Source: an uncultured Gammaproteobacteria bacterium
GTDB taxonomy: Bacteria > Patescibacteriota > Microgenomatia > UBA1406 > GWC2-37-13
Assembly: GCA_964504235.1 (NCBI GenBank)
Contig: CAZDDM010000002.1
Coordinates: 1 to 52,765, forward strand
DNA length: 52,765 bases
Direction of reading: 5' to 3'
Shown here: one piece after another, positions 8,731 through 18,443 of the stretch
Layout: each line of letters starts with the position of its first letter
How positions within the stretch are numbered: the stretch's first letter is position 1
Translations under genes and position numbers: made by a program
The notes under the pieces: generated by a model
The model's input: the letters and a program-made list of their open reading frames with translations, nothing else
Told to the model about the DNA's origin: nothing
Database searches by the model: none

Positions 8731-9648
8731 ATGAGGCATACTCCGATTGGTACCAAAAGAAAGCCGAAATATCTCTTTTTCTATGTCATCCTTTCTTCGT
8801 TTATTCTTGGATATCTGTTGTACAAAGGGGTAACTGTTTTTTCTCATTCGCTCTTTGTTTCCCGTCCGGATCGTATTAACTTCATTATGTACGGACCTCA
8901 GACAAGGTATTATTCCCTTGATACAAAAACGAATCGGCATTATGAAATTTCATTTCCTCCTGATTTAAAGGTAGATGTTCCGGGAGGCTACGGCCAGTAT
9001 CGGGTCGGTTCGCTGGGTAAACTGGCTGAGCTTGACGGCAACGCACATCTTTTGGAAAAAACATTTGCCGCAACCACAACGACCTTTATTCACTACTATT
9101 TCTTTCCGGACAGTGATGAGGTCTATTACGGCAGCGATATTGAAGAATCAGCAAAAAAACCATCAGTACTGCGTGTCCTTTTCTGGTCAGGCAATGCATC
9201 AGTCCTTGATAGATTGTATCTTTCGCTTATGCTGCTGGGGGAGAAAGATACGCAGTTTAATCTGATCAGTTATCGGAAAGAAACGGATAATGTTCTCGGT
9301 GATACGGTTTTCAGAAACGATACGTTCATGAAGAAAAGCATTGGTTTGTTGTATCAAGCCAACTATCGGGAAGAACAGGCGAGTGTCCAGATTCTGTATC
9401 CTCATGAATATAAGACGGCTATGCGTATCAGCACATTACTTGAAGGGAACGGCATACGGGTGAGCGATGTATCTCTGGATATCAACCGTTCGGATACCTG
9501 TGAAGTTATTTATTCTACAGAAGTACCTTCACAAACAGCACGGGATGTATCATCTTATTTTACCTGTCCGCTGGTATACGGGAAAACTGATGTATATGAT
9601 ATTATTTTTGTCCTTGGAATGCGGGAAAAGGACTGGGAGATAGAATAA
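8731..9648 (+). CDS. hypothetical membrane-anchored protein
   Basis: 305-aa ORF with an N-terminal TM helix (YLFFYVILSSFILGYLLY). No family recognised with confidence. Confidence 0.6.
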   Translation: MRHTPIGTKRKPKYLFFYVILSSFILGYLLYKGVTVFSHSLFVSRPDRINFIMYGPQTRYYSLDTKTNRHYEISFPPDLKVDVPGGYGQYRVGSLGKLAELDGNAHLLEKTFAATTTTFIHYYFFPDSDEVYYGSDIEESAKKPSVLRVLFWSGNASVLDRLYLSLMLLGEKDTQFNLISYRKETDNVLGDTVFRNDTFMKKSIGLLYQANYREEQASVQILYPHEYKTAMRISTLLEGNGIRVSDVSLDINRSDTCEVIYSTEVPSQTARDVSSYFTCPLVYGKTDVYDIIFVLGMREKDWEIE

Positions 9649-9662
9649 GGTATACTATCATT

Positions 9663-9854
9663 ATGACAATTGTAATTATTCTTGCAGTACTGTTTCTGAT
9701 CTCATTCATCATGGCGTGGATTTCGATGAAAGATTTCCACATCCCGAAAGAAATCAGGAAGATGATTTCAATGAGAAAAATGAAAGGTTCAATTGTGTTT
9801 TTTAAGAATAAAGTTGAGCATTACTCTTCTTCTTCCTCTTCGTCTTCCAATTGA
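9663..9854 (+). CDS. small hypothetical membrane protein
   Basis: 63 aa with an N-terminal TM helix. The Ser-rich tail is antisense to the acidic tail of the convergent gene, with a 34-nt overlap. Confidence 0.4.
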   Translation: MTIVIILAVLFLISFIMAWISMKDFHIPKEIRKMISMRKMKGSIVFFKNKVEHYSSSSSSSSN

Positions 9855-10645
9855 ACGATTGAGCTCAAGTCCTTTTCTTCTTCGAATTCTTCCCATTCCT
9901 CGTCATCAAGCTCCAAATCGCCCTCGACAATTTCATCGTCATCTTCTTCTGATTCATCTTCACTCTCACCGTCTTTTTCTTCATCCTGTTCAATCTGATT
10001 GATATCTGAAAGCATCACATGGGGATTGGAAGGGAACGAAGGATACTGTCGTACCTTTTTCCCTTTTGAAAGTTCCCTGATAAATACAACGACGGCCGTA
10101 AGATCGATTTCTTTGATATATGTTTTGTATTCACTCCCTTCATTGATAAAGTAGGCGAGACGTTTGGAAATATCATCAGGAAGGCAGCCGAGATATTCAT
10201 CAGCAGCTGTACGAACCTCCAGCTTTCTGCGTTTTTCTTTTAGGAATACCTCTTCGCCGATACTGGTTCCCGCCAAATCCTCTTTTTGTCCGAGATTGAC
10301 AAGGTGAACAGTACGGGTTTTGCCCGGAATATCAATGAAAAGATCAGGATCAAATTTCGTTGAGGAACTGTGTCGTTTCTTTTTTTTATTAGCAAGAATA
10401 GCAATCTTTTCCAGATGTTCTTCAGCAATATTGTTTTTCGGCTGCAGTTCCAAAACTTTTTTAAACGCTTTCTTTGCTTCAGTCAGGTTATTCAATTGAA
10501 GTTGTGCATATCCTAATCGGAGATAGGCATTCATGTTGCTTTCGTCCTGTCCGATAATGAGTTTATTTTGTTCTGCTGCTCCTTCCCAGTTTGCTTCAAC
10601 GGCATAATCAATTGCTTTTTGTTCTAGGGTGTCAATATTTTCCAT
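9821..10645 (-). CDS. TPR-repeat protein with highly acidic C-terminal tail
   Basis: 274 aa. TPR-like 'AYLRLGYAQLQLNNLTEAKKAFKKVLELQP'. The C-terminal ~70 aa are dominated by D/E. Confidence 0.75.
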   Translation of the reverse strand: MENIDTLEQKAIDYAVEANWEGAAEQNKLIIGQDESNMNAYLRLGYAQLQLNNLTEAKKAFKKVLELQPKNNIAEEHLEKIAILANKKKKRHSSSTKFDPDLFIDIPGKTRTVHLVNLGQKEDLAGTSIGEEVFLKEKRRKLEVRTAADEYLGCLPDDISKRLAYFINEGSEYKTYIKEIDLTAVVVFIRELSKGKKVRQYPSFPSNPHVMLSDINQIEQDEEKDGESEDESEEDDDEIVEGDLELDDEEWEEFEEEKDLSSIVQLEDEEEEEE

Positions 10646-10750
10646 TTAGTTGAGTATAAGAAAATTACGTCGAAAGTCAAGTGCAAAAAACCGGAATATC
10701 AGTACTCAATAATCAGTTTTTCTGCTCCGTTTGAGTGTTATACTAGTACC

Positions 10751-11620
10751 ATGGCGACTAAGTCCAAATTCTCATTTAATCTGTCGTTTTTATCGTTAAA
10801 AAAACTGACACCAAACAAGCAAAAGCAAAAAGCATTCAGCTTCATAAATGTTATTCCCAAAAGAATCAGGATTGTAATTGCAACGTTACTGATGATGGTA
10901 CTTCTTACCATAAGCTCATTTTTTACATTCACCGATTCATGGTATATATTTATCCCGATTATTTTTTTGATATCGTATATCACGACATATTTTGCCGTTT
11001 TCGAAGGGATTGATAGGGTAGAGTGGTATATGTTGTTTGTGGTCCCGATCATGCTTGCCATAGCCTTATATCTTTTTTATTCACTGCTTCCCGTCAGATG
11101 GCTGACGCGTTTACCGTTTTTGATTCTTTTCTCTCTCGGATACTATGCAGTGCTGTTGACAATGAATATTTTTAACGTCGGAGTAGAGAGAAGCTTACAA
11201 CTGTATCGTGCGGCATTTTCCATCAATTATCTTACGCAGACGTTTATTATATTTTTATTTGTATTGGTTATCCTGTCCTTCCGTCTCAATTTTATACTGA
11301 ATGCATTTATCATTGCTCTTCTTTCTTTTTTAATATCGCTGCAACTTTTTTGGACAGTAAAACTGGAAAAAGCTTTTGACAGAAGACTTCTTATTTTTAG
11401 CGGAGTTCTTGCTTTACTTTTGCTTGAAGTATCGCTTTTGGTTTCATTTATGCCGATCAGAATCAATGTAATTGCCCTCATTTTGACCTCATTTTACTAC
11501 AGCTTAACAGGTATTGTATACAATTACCTTGCTGACAGACTTTTCAAGAACACGCTTCGCGAATATGCTTTCGTTATGGTTTTTGTGCTCTTTATTACAG
11601 TCCTGACGCTCCAATGGTGA
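10751..11620 (+). CDS. hypothetical multi-pass membrane protein
   Basis: 289-aa ORF with about 8 hydrophobic helices. Confidence 0.7.
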   Translation: MATKSKFSFNLSFLSLKKLTPNKQKQKAFSFINVIPKRIRIVIATLLMMVLLTISSFFTFTDSWYIFIPIIFLISYITTYFAVFEGIDRVEWYMLFVVPIMLAIALYLFYSLLPVRWLTRLPFLILFSLGYYAVLLTMNIFNVGVERSLQLYRAAFSINYLTQTFIIFLFVLVILSFRLNFILNAFIIALLSFLISLQLFWTVKLEKAFDRRLLIFSGVLALLLLEVSLLVSFMPIRINVIALILTSFYYSLTGIVYNYLADRLFKNTLREYAFVMVFVLFITVLTLQW

Positions 11621-12125
11621 TATATCTGAAAATATAATTTCAGAAAAAACACCGACACACCGAAGTAGAGAAGAGAGGAGAGGGGAAAGAATGTTTATAA
11701 AATTAACGTTCGTAAGATATTTGGTTATATCCTATAATAATATTTAATTATTATAAGATAATTAACAAAATTCACGTACGTACATAATTTATGCTTTTTG
11801 ATACACTTCGATGCTGTCTGCCAGAAGTATGTGGATAACTTAGGCCGTCAGAACTGCTACTATTCTCTTAAGGGCCTTCCTGCAATCCCTACGAGATATC
11901 TTTGTGTATCACAAAAGGTCAGTGCCTCTCTCGAGCGGAGTAAGCCTGACTCTCAAGGTCATTTTCCGAAAAGAGAGGTAAAAAGTGCGATATAGAATAA
12001 AAATAAAAAAATAAAAAATAATTTATTCCGATAAAAAAGAGGAATAATAATTCTATTCCTTCGATTTAAGCAGTTATGGATATCGACAAAATTTGACATA
12101 AACCTAGCCGGAGAACGGAATATAT

Positions 12126-12157
12126 AAAACGTCGTAAATTGTATCTTTTACGACGTT
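12126..12157 (-). terminator. perfect 12-bp hairpin, terminator-like on minus strand
   Basis: AAACGTCGTAAA (12126-12137) pairs with TTTACGACGTTT (12146-12157) across an 8-nt loop. On the minus strand it is followed by a U/A-rich tail (UAUAUAUU). Confidence 0.4.
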
Positions 12158-12723
12158 TAGCCAAAATGAGAGGAGAGAGAAGCGATTTTTTACAAATTTG
12201 TTTTTTGTGATTTTTTTCGTTTATTTCTGTTTTTTATTTTTTATCTTCCTTGAAAAGATCTCATTTACTTCTCCCGGGCTGTGTCCTGGTTTGTGGTATA
12301 TACCGCTACCCTATTATGGATTATTGTGACAGTCTAAATGTCATTTATAGCCTCAATTCTCCTCTATTTCGTGCTTATCCCTTCGGAGAACTCCTATTAA
12401 TATGATTGTTATATCAACCTTAATGCTGATAGTTAGCCCATTATGGTATAGAATGTTTGGGATAGAGTGACGACAGGTTCGTGGCATGAATATGAGCAAT
12501 ATATAAAGGATCGTTTTCCGCCGGAACGATGATGAAAGACTTATTTATCTGCGCATTTAGGAAATGCATAGAAGACTTGTCGATTTATACGGATTGTACT
12601 TAAATCGACTTTAAAAAGATGATACTTTATACGTCTAAAATTCCGGAGAGGCCTGTTTGGGCGAATTTTGGAGGTGTGATATAAAATAGATTGTTATAAC
12701 AGTCTGTATGAGTATTGACTGTT

Positions 12724-13935
12724 TTATTTTTTTTCATGAAGTACCTTCTTTATGGTTGTTATAAGTTTCTGTGATTCATTTTTTGAAACGTTAGTCGGAA
12801 GTTTTACCAGTTTTGGAATCTGTTGTTCACACTTCGGGCATCTGTTCGGTTTGTATCCGAATAAGTGATGATTTATCTGTCCGTTTTGTAAAGTGAATTG
12901 TTCCATTTCAAGGGAGATATTGTATTGTTTGAGTTTCTTAATAAGCGGCAGTGGGTTGGGAGTTATAAGCGGAAAGAAAGTAAGAGCTGAGTCATGAATA
13001 GGAGAGTTTGATACCTTTTTGTTGTATGAAAGAACCGATCTTTTTCGTTTTAGTAAGACGTCGTTAAATCTATCAAGCTGCTTCATCAAAAAAATGCCGC
13101 AAATATTGGGATAGGTTTTTAGATATAAAGAATCAAACTGTCCTTTCATTTCCTTTCTTGTCATCGCCGGCGGGATCAGATTGAATTGCTTTATCATAAA
13201 ATATAGTAATTTACCGATGTAGATATTGTAGGTTTTTTTTATTACTACAGAGCCGATTTTATAGATTATGATCTGTAAAATCATCCAAAATGAAGCGTTC
13301 GGTATGCTTTTTTCTACATCCCGCATTATTTCGGCGTTCTTTTTTCCCCTCGTGATAATAGCGCCGCCGAACACTGAAGAGATTGCTGCAAAGCGAGAAA
13401 ATGACATCAGCACCGTTGTTGTAAAACGCTTCTGTTTAAACAAGGCCGCATCAAATCCCTGCGTGACATCTTCAAGAATAGTCAATTTTTTTTCCTTTGC
13501 AAAGGCTAATATCTTTTTGCGATCTTTCGGTACAATACCGAATGGATGTCTTAATATCAGAAATTTCGCCTTCGGGGAATATTTTTTTTCAAGATCCTGA
13601 ATATCCATACTAAAATCATCTTCATGGATATCTACATATACCGGCTTGAGATTGTGTTCCAGAATAGGAAGCAGACAGTTAGCAGGTGTAAATCCCGAAA
13701 CTAACACTTCTGTCTCAGCAGGGAAGGAAAGAGTTTTTATATATTGATACAATGCTCCGCGTGCTGATAAGAAAAAGCTGATATGGCAGTCAGAAGTGAA
13801 GAATCTGCTTTTAAGACGTCGTTTAAGATTATTCATTTCCTTACCTCTCCTCCACTTCCAAGGTTGAAAAAACAGTCCAAATGCAAGAATTGCATCTCCC
13901 CTACCCTCATTCGGTGCAAATTCAGAAGAAATCAT
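12724..13935 (-). CDS. DegT/DnrJ/EryC1/StrS-like aminotransferase-fold protein (apparently lacking the Schiff-base lysine)
   Basis: 403 aa. Fold-type I sugar-aminotransferase-like segments ('EVLVSGFTPANCLLPI', 'ILRHPFG', 'LEDVTQGF'). The expected 'SFxxxK' reads 'SFSRFA'. Confidence 0.6.
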   Translation of the reverse strand: MISSEFAPNEGRGDAILAFGLFFQPWKWRRGKEMNNLKRRLKSRFFTSDCHISFFLSARGALYQYIKTLSFPAETEVLVSGFTPANCLLPILEHNLKPVYVDIHEDDFSMDIQDLEKKYSPKAKFLILRHPFGIVPKDRKKILAFAKEKKLTILEDVTQGFDAALFKQKRFTTTVLMSFSRFAAISSVFGGAIITRGKKNAEIMRDVEKSIPNASFWMILQIIIYKIGSVVIKKTYNIYIGKLLYFMIKQFNLIPPAMTRKEMKGQFDSLYLKTYPNICGIFLMKQLDRFNDVLLKRKRSVLSYNKKVSNSPIHDSALTFFPLITPNPLPLIKKLKQYNISLEMEQFTLQNGQINHHLFGYKPNRCPKCEQQIPKLVKLPTNVSKNESQKLITTIKKVLHEKK

Positions 13936-15350
13936 TTGTGCACAATAAGTGAATCTATTAATGTACCCGGCAATTTACCGTCTAAAAGAATTACGGTGCT
14001 TTTGTCTACCTTTAAGAGTAACTGTTTTTGAAGATGCAAGACGTCGTTAAATGTAAATACTCTCTCTTCTTTCTTGCTGTGATTTAAAAAAATATCCGTT
14101 GTATATAGTTCCATATTATATTTAGCGATTTTACCGACAAGTGATTCATATGCTCCCCTCTTCTCTCCTCCGAGCTCTCTGATACCCGGAGTCACAATAC
14201 ATTTACGCTTTTGGGGAAAATGTTTCAGAAAATCGAGTTTGAGAAGTAACCCGTTAAGATTCGATTCCTGAGTGTCTACAATTACAACTGATTTGTGTAA
14301 ACCGCGATGTACGGAAAAAGACCCTTTATCATGCTTAAGCTCCTGTAATTCATGAATTACTTCTGTCGGCTTTATACCCAGATCGATACAAAGGGCAAAA
14401 ACTGGGAGAATATTTTGAAGAGAGTGTTTCCCTAATAATGCCGTTGTAATATTCCAAGAGTGTTTTTTGTAATGTATTCGGGATTTTGTATATGTCTGAC
14501 TGAAGGTGTATTGTGTCGGATGGATATCAGCGTGTTCTGAAAAATCATACGTTACAATTCGGGCATTGGTTTTCGGACTGGGAATTTCAGCATTCATATA
14601 GACCGTCGCATCGTCTGAAAGATTTGACAACGGAGACGTAAACTCCTCATACATGTTCTCTTTGCTGCCGAAAAGATCAAAACGATGATTACCTATTCCA
14701 GTAAGAATAACATAGTCAAACGGAATATAATAAATGGAATTTTTGATTTCGCCTTTTTTGTATGATCCGATTTCAACGATGAACACTTCCGTATCGTCAG
14801 AAAGATTCCGAAGTATTGCGCGTGCAATACCGATATCATTTGTGTAGCGGGGGTCGGTCATAGCGACTGCATATTGTTTCGAAAAAATTTTGTAAAGGCA
14901 ATTTGCGATTGCGGTTTTTCCGTAACTTCCGGTAATCCCGATAAATACCGTTTTTGAGTTTCTCATTTTAAGTCTTGCAGTCTGGATAATAATCCATCGA
15001 TATATTTGCACTGGAATCTGGGTCAGAACGATGGCAGTTAACACGATAATAAAAGCTATAAATGGAGCAAGCCAGAAAAAGTAACTCAGAAGGTTGTAAA
15101 CATAGACATCCTCAAAAGCAAACAGAAAAAGAACACCTGTAACAAGAAAGTGAAAAGAAAGAATCATAAAGTTTCGCAGAGTTACGGATGGAAGTGCTAT
15201 TTTATATGTATAGAAGAGAGAAATAAATCCGTTATCTGAAATGCCTGCCTGGAATCTATCGAGTCTGTAATCTTTTTCTTCAAATACATGTATGAAATGA
15301 AGACCCTTATACAGGATCCAAAAAACACAAAGAAGAATAAAGATGAACAT
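13932..15350 (-). CDS. MurF-like Mur ligase with N-terminal membrane domain
   Basis: 472 aa. About 4 TM helices precede the P-loop 'GITGSYGKT'. 'TNDIGIARAIL' and 'VEIGSYKKGEI' resemble MurF. 4-nt overlap with the downstream DegT-like gene. Confidence 0.75.
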   Translation of the reverse strand: MFIFILLCVFWILYKGLHFIHVFEEKDYRLDRFQAGISDNGFISLFYTYKIALPSVTLRNFMILSFHFLVTGVLFLFAFEDVYVYNLLSYFFWLAPFIAFIIVLTAIVLTQIPVQIYRWIIIQTARLKMRNSKTVFIGITGSYGKTAIANCLYKIFSKQYAVAMTDPRYTNDIGIARAILRNLSDDTEVFIVEIGSYKKGEIKNSIYYIPFDYVILTGIGNHRFDLFGSKENMYEEFTSPLSNLSDDATVYMNAEIPSPKTNARIVTYDFSEHADIHPTQYTFSQTYTKSRIHYKKHSWNITTALLGKHSLQNILPVFALCIDLGIKPTEVIHELQELKHDKGSFSVHRGLHKSVVIVDTQESNLNGLLLKLDFLKHFPQKRKCIVTPGIRELGGEKRGAYESLVGKIAKYNMELYTTDIFLNHSKKEERVFTFNDVLHLQKQLLLKVDKSTVILLDGKLPGTLIDSLIVHK

Positions 15351-15435
15351 GAGAACCCGTTTCTATTAATTATTAACTAACTTTACCATACAAGTACAAT
15401 CCTCTCAAAATTATTATACTCGCGGATAAGGGAAA

Positions 15436-16182
15436 TTAGGTAAGCAAAAAGGGCTCTATTTCTTTCCAAACGAGAGCGGTTTTATCTGACGGAAAATTAT
15501 GGGCAGAATCGGGAAATACATGCAGCTTAGAACGACGAATTTTCTTCTGAAGTTCATATCCCAGTATCGCCGGAGTACTGATATCGTTTTCACCCCACAA
15601 AATAAGCGTTTTATTTTTTATATTACGAATATCTCTCGTGAGATCCTGCGCAATAATTTTTCGGAAATTTTTTTCAAGATGAGGATACTTAAGTAGATCG
15701 GAGTCTTTGTGAAACAGCGAGTAATACAAAGATCGTATAGGTTTATAAAACAGTCTCATCAACGTCTGTTCCCGCGGGATCTGCTTCATCATCTGTACCG
15801 GTTTGGAAATCCTGTTTTGTCGCCTGAATGAACTTGCGCAAACGACAAGATGATCGATACAATCAGGGTAATGACTCGAAAGATAGAGACCGATGTCACT
15901 TCCGAAAGCATGTCCGATATACTGTGTTCTTGTAATCTTTAGCTTTTCGATAAGCTCTTTTATCATAACTGCATATCCTTCAACCCCCCAGTGCTCTGCA
16001 GGATTATCGCTTTTTCCGAAACCGGGTAAATCGATAAGATATGCACAATACTTTTTCGATGCCAGAAGCGCTAAAGCGTGGAGCTGATACATATTTTCTC
16101 CCCATCCGTGTACAAAGAGCACCGGAGATCCCTTCCCCATACGCTTGTAGTGTATTTTTCTGTTCAGAACGCGTATATACAT
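15436..16182 (-). CDS. alpha/beta-hydrolase fold protein with Ala in the nucleophile position
   Basis: 248 aa. 'VLFVHGWG' oxyanion region. The nucleophile elbow reads 'GHAFG' (GCT Ala codon at 15907-15909) instead of GxSxG. Asp ('GENDI') and His ('SAHNF') are retained. Confidence 0.8.
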   Translation of the reverse strand: MYIRVLNRKIHYKRMGKGSPVLFVHGWGENMYQLHALALLASKKYCAYLIDLPGFGKSDNPAEHWGVEGYAVMIKELIEKLKITRTQYIGHAFGSDIGLYLSSHYPDCIDHLVVCASSFRRQNRISKPVQMMKQIPREQTLMRLFYKPIRSLYYSLFHKDSDLLKYPHLEKNFRKIIAQDLTRDIRNIKNKTLILWGENDISTPAILGYELQKKIRRSKLHVFPDSAHNFPSDKTALVWKEIEPFLLT

Positions 16183-16191
16183 GCAGTCTCC

Positions 16192-16863
16192 TTATGATGT
16201 TGTAGATTTCTCAATAGCATCAAGAAGTATGTTCTTCAGTTCTTCAACCGATTGCGGTGAGCGGATTTTAGTACCGTTCAGGTAAAATGTGGGTGTCCCC
16301 TGGACATCAACTTCAATCCCTGACAAGTAATCGTTCTGAACTTTTTCCTTCACAGCATCCGATGAAAAATCCTTTTTAAATTGTTCAGAATCAAGTTTCA
16401 ATTCTTCAGCATATTTTATGAACAATTCTGACGGGTCTCCCAGTTCGGCCCATTCAGTTTGTCTGCGGAACAATATATCGTGATAGGGATAAAATGCATT
16501 CTGTTTTGCAGCCGCTTCTGCAGCCCAGGCTGCTTCGCGTGCGTTCGGATGTATTTGATCCAGGGGGAAATTACGGTAGACAAACGTCACTTTATCAAAA
16601 ATTTCCTTGTTTTCAGGCGATGTTTCGTCGAGACTCTCAATCATATCAAAGTACGAAGCGCATGCCGGACACTGAAAATCACTGTATTCTGTTAGGATGA
16701 TTTTATTATCTGCAGACCATTTCGTGTGATCGGTTGATGCCACTTTTGTAAGGCTTTCAAAAAACGTCTCTTTAGGTTGGCTGGTCATAGCGTATGCCGC
16801 AAAAAGAAAGATCAACAGACCGAAGACAGAACCGATAATAAGAAGCATTTTTTTCGTTTCCAT
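16192..16863 (-). CDS. DsbA-family thiol:disulfide oxidoreductase, membrane anchored
   Basis: 223 aa with an N-terminal TM helix, 'CPAC' active site and 'GTPTFYLNG'. Confidence 0.85.
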   Translation of the reverse strand: METKKMLLIIGSVFGLLIFLFAAYAMTSQPKETFFESLTKVASTDHTKWSADNKIILTEYSDFQCPACASYFDMIESLDETSPENKEIFDKVTFVYRNFPLDQIHPNAREAAWAAEAAAKQNAFYPYHDILFRRQTEWAELGDPSELFIKYAEELKLDSEQFKKDFSSDAVKEKVQNDYLSGIEVDVQGTPTFYLNGTKIRSPQSVEELKNILLDAIEKSTTS

Positions 16864-16907
16864 AAGTGTTCATTATACCTGCCTTATTTCTGTTTTGCCA
16901 ACTACTT

Positions 16908-18290
16908 TTATGAAAGCTGAAACGGAATTTCCTTTTGCTTAGTGAGAATTTTGATATTGAATTGATTTTTTGCTGAAAATAAGTACCGGACCAGGATTTT
17001 GTAAATATCGTAGTCAAAGTAACGGTCTTCATCTTCTGTGACAAGACACCATTTATCAATAATGAAGTTGTCAGTCAGATGTTCAACACTGTCTTCTTCG
17101 TGGATACGGATCGGCCCCGGGAAAGGCCACTCTTTGATCGTCCGATCGCCGAAAGCTTCAATAAATCTGATATTGTAGGCAATCGGTTTTTCTTTGCTGA
17201 GACAGGCACCTTTACATCTTTCCAGTTTGTGACCGAAACAGGCACCCTTTGTTTTTTCAAGACCGAGGAGCTTCCCGCACAGTGTATGTTCCACTGCTTT
17301 TGCCTCTACAAACTCTTTTGCCTGTTTTTTACTTCGGAAAATTCCTAGAATTTGCGGAAGAATGTCTGTGGTGATGCGGGATGTCCTTCCGAATGAAACC
17401 GATTGGTATCCCTCCTGAGTCTCTTCTTTTGTAAGGATGGTAAACACATTCTGACGTCTTAACTGCTGGTTGTATACGGGATTCATTTTCTTAATAAGCT
17501 CTGCTTCTTTCAGTAACGCTCCGAGTTCACCTGCTGTTGGAATCGTTTCAATATGCTTTATTTGCTGCGAAATATTCATTTCCTTTGATGAACTGTGGTC
17601 TGACGAAAAATGGGATAGCACGCGTTTTCTGACGTTCTTGCTTTTTCCGATATATAACGGGAGCTCTTCTTCACCGTAAAAGATATAAACACCCGGGCCG
17701 TCATGCAGATTGTCGACTTCCCTTATCGGAAGTTTGGTCGGAATCGACGGTTTTTGGATGAGAAATTTCAGCGTTTCCTGAAGTTTGTTTGCCGGATACA
17801 GCATTTCGACCGCCTGATAAAACTTCCACAGTACCTCAGCATCATCAAAAGCACGGTGACGGTGTTGGATTGAAAAACCGAACCTTTGAACGATCGCGTC
17901 CAGATTGTGATGCCGGTGCTCCGGAAAAAGAGTTCGTGAGAGTTTGACGGTACAAAGCTGTTTCATGGACAGGTCCAGATCATATCGCCTGAATTCATTT
18001 TTCAAAAAACCGTGGTCAAAACGAACATTATGTGCAACAAAAATGGAATCCTGCAGCAGTTCATAGACATCATCCTTTATCAGGTCAAAGGTCGGTGCAT
18101 CCTCAAGTTCGTCAGGGTAAATGCCGGTCATCTGGGATATAAATGGAGAAACATGTGTCTGCGGATTGATAAGCTGATTGTAAGTACTGACAAGCCTTCC
18201 GTCTTCAACGCGAAGTATCCCGATCTCAATTACTCGGTCATGTCTCATGCGGGTGCCGGTTGTCTCTATATCAACAAAAGAAAAAGTCAT
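16908..18290 (-). CDS. DEDD 3'-5' exonuclease (DnaQ-like) fused to GIY-YIG (Cho/UvrC-like) nuclease domain
   Basis: 460 aa. 'FVDIETTG' ExoI motif, 'AHNVRFD', then 'GVYIFYGEEELPLYIGKSKNVRKR' GIY-YIG. Confidence 0.85.
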   Translation of the reverse strand: MTFSFVDIETTGTRMRHDRVIEIGILRVEDGRLVSTYNQLINPQTHVSPFISQMTGIYPDELEDAPTFDLIKDDVYELLQDSIFVAHNVRFDHGFLKNEFRRYDLDLSMKQLCTVKLSRTLFPEHRHHNLDAIVQRFGFSIQHRHRAFDDAEVLWKFYQAVEMLYPANKLQETLKFLIQKPSIPTKLPIREVDNLHDGPGVYIFYGEEELPLYIGKSKNVRKRVLSHFSSDHSSSKEMNISQQIKHIETIPTAGELGALLKEAELIKKMNPVYNQQLRRQNVFTILTKEETQEGYQSVSFGRTSRITTDILPQILGIFRSKKQAKEFVEAKAVEHTLCGKLLGLEKTKGACFGHKLERCKGACLSKEKPIAYNIRFIEAFGDRTIKEWPFPGPIRIHEEDSVEHLTDNFIIDKWCLVTEDEDRYFDYDIYKILVRYLFSAKNQFNIKILTKQKEIPFQLS

Positions 18291-18443
18291 AAATAGTACC
18301 TGTAACGGACAGTTGTAGAGTTAAAAAATATCGAAAGGATATGCACTGACAGAAGAGATGTTCTCAGAAACGGTCTTTCAAACCTTTTAACTGTACAACA
18401 TTATAACCTCATTCTAGCAGATGTAGTGTATGAAAGAAAGATG

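Noticed and set aside
11830-11838. Consensus DnaA box TGTGGATAA in an AT-rich region, suggesting oriC.
   Set aside because: Only one consensus box was found, with no cluster and no dnaA/dnaN nearby. A single 9-mer can occur by chance.
11879-11888. CCTGCAATCC, identical to the SRP RNA Alu-domain motif of Bacillus scRNA, with a nearby AGGTCAG that recalls SRP helix 8.
   Set aside because: No complementary GCAGG closes helix 4. There is no GGAA-tetraloop/AGCA helix-8 motif, and the spacing between the two elements (~30 nt) does not fit an SRP RNA.
18367-18379. GAAACGGTCTTTC as a second SOS box upstream of the DnaQ-GIY-YIG gene.
   Set aside because: It is one base shorter than the lexA palindrome and has a mismatch in the right half-site. 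That is too weak to call as a feature, so it is mentioned only as a lead under the lexA finding.
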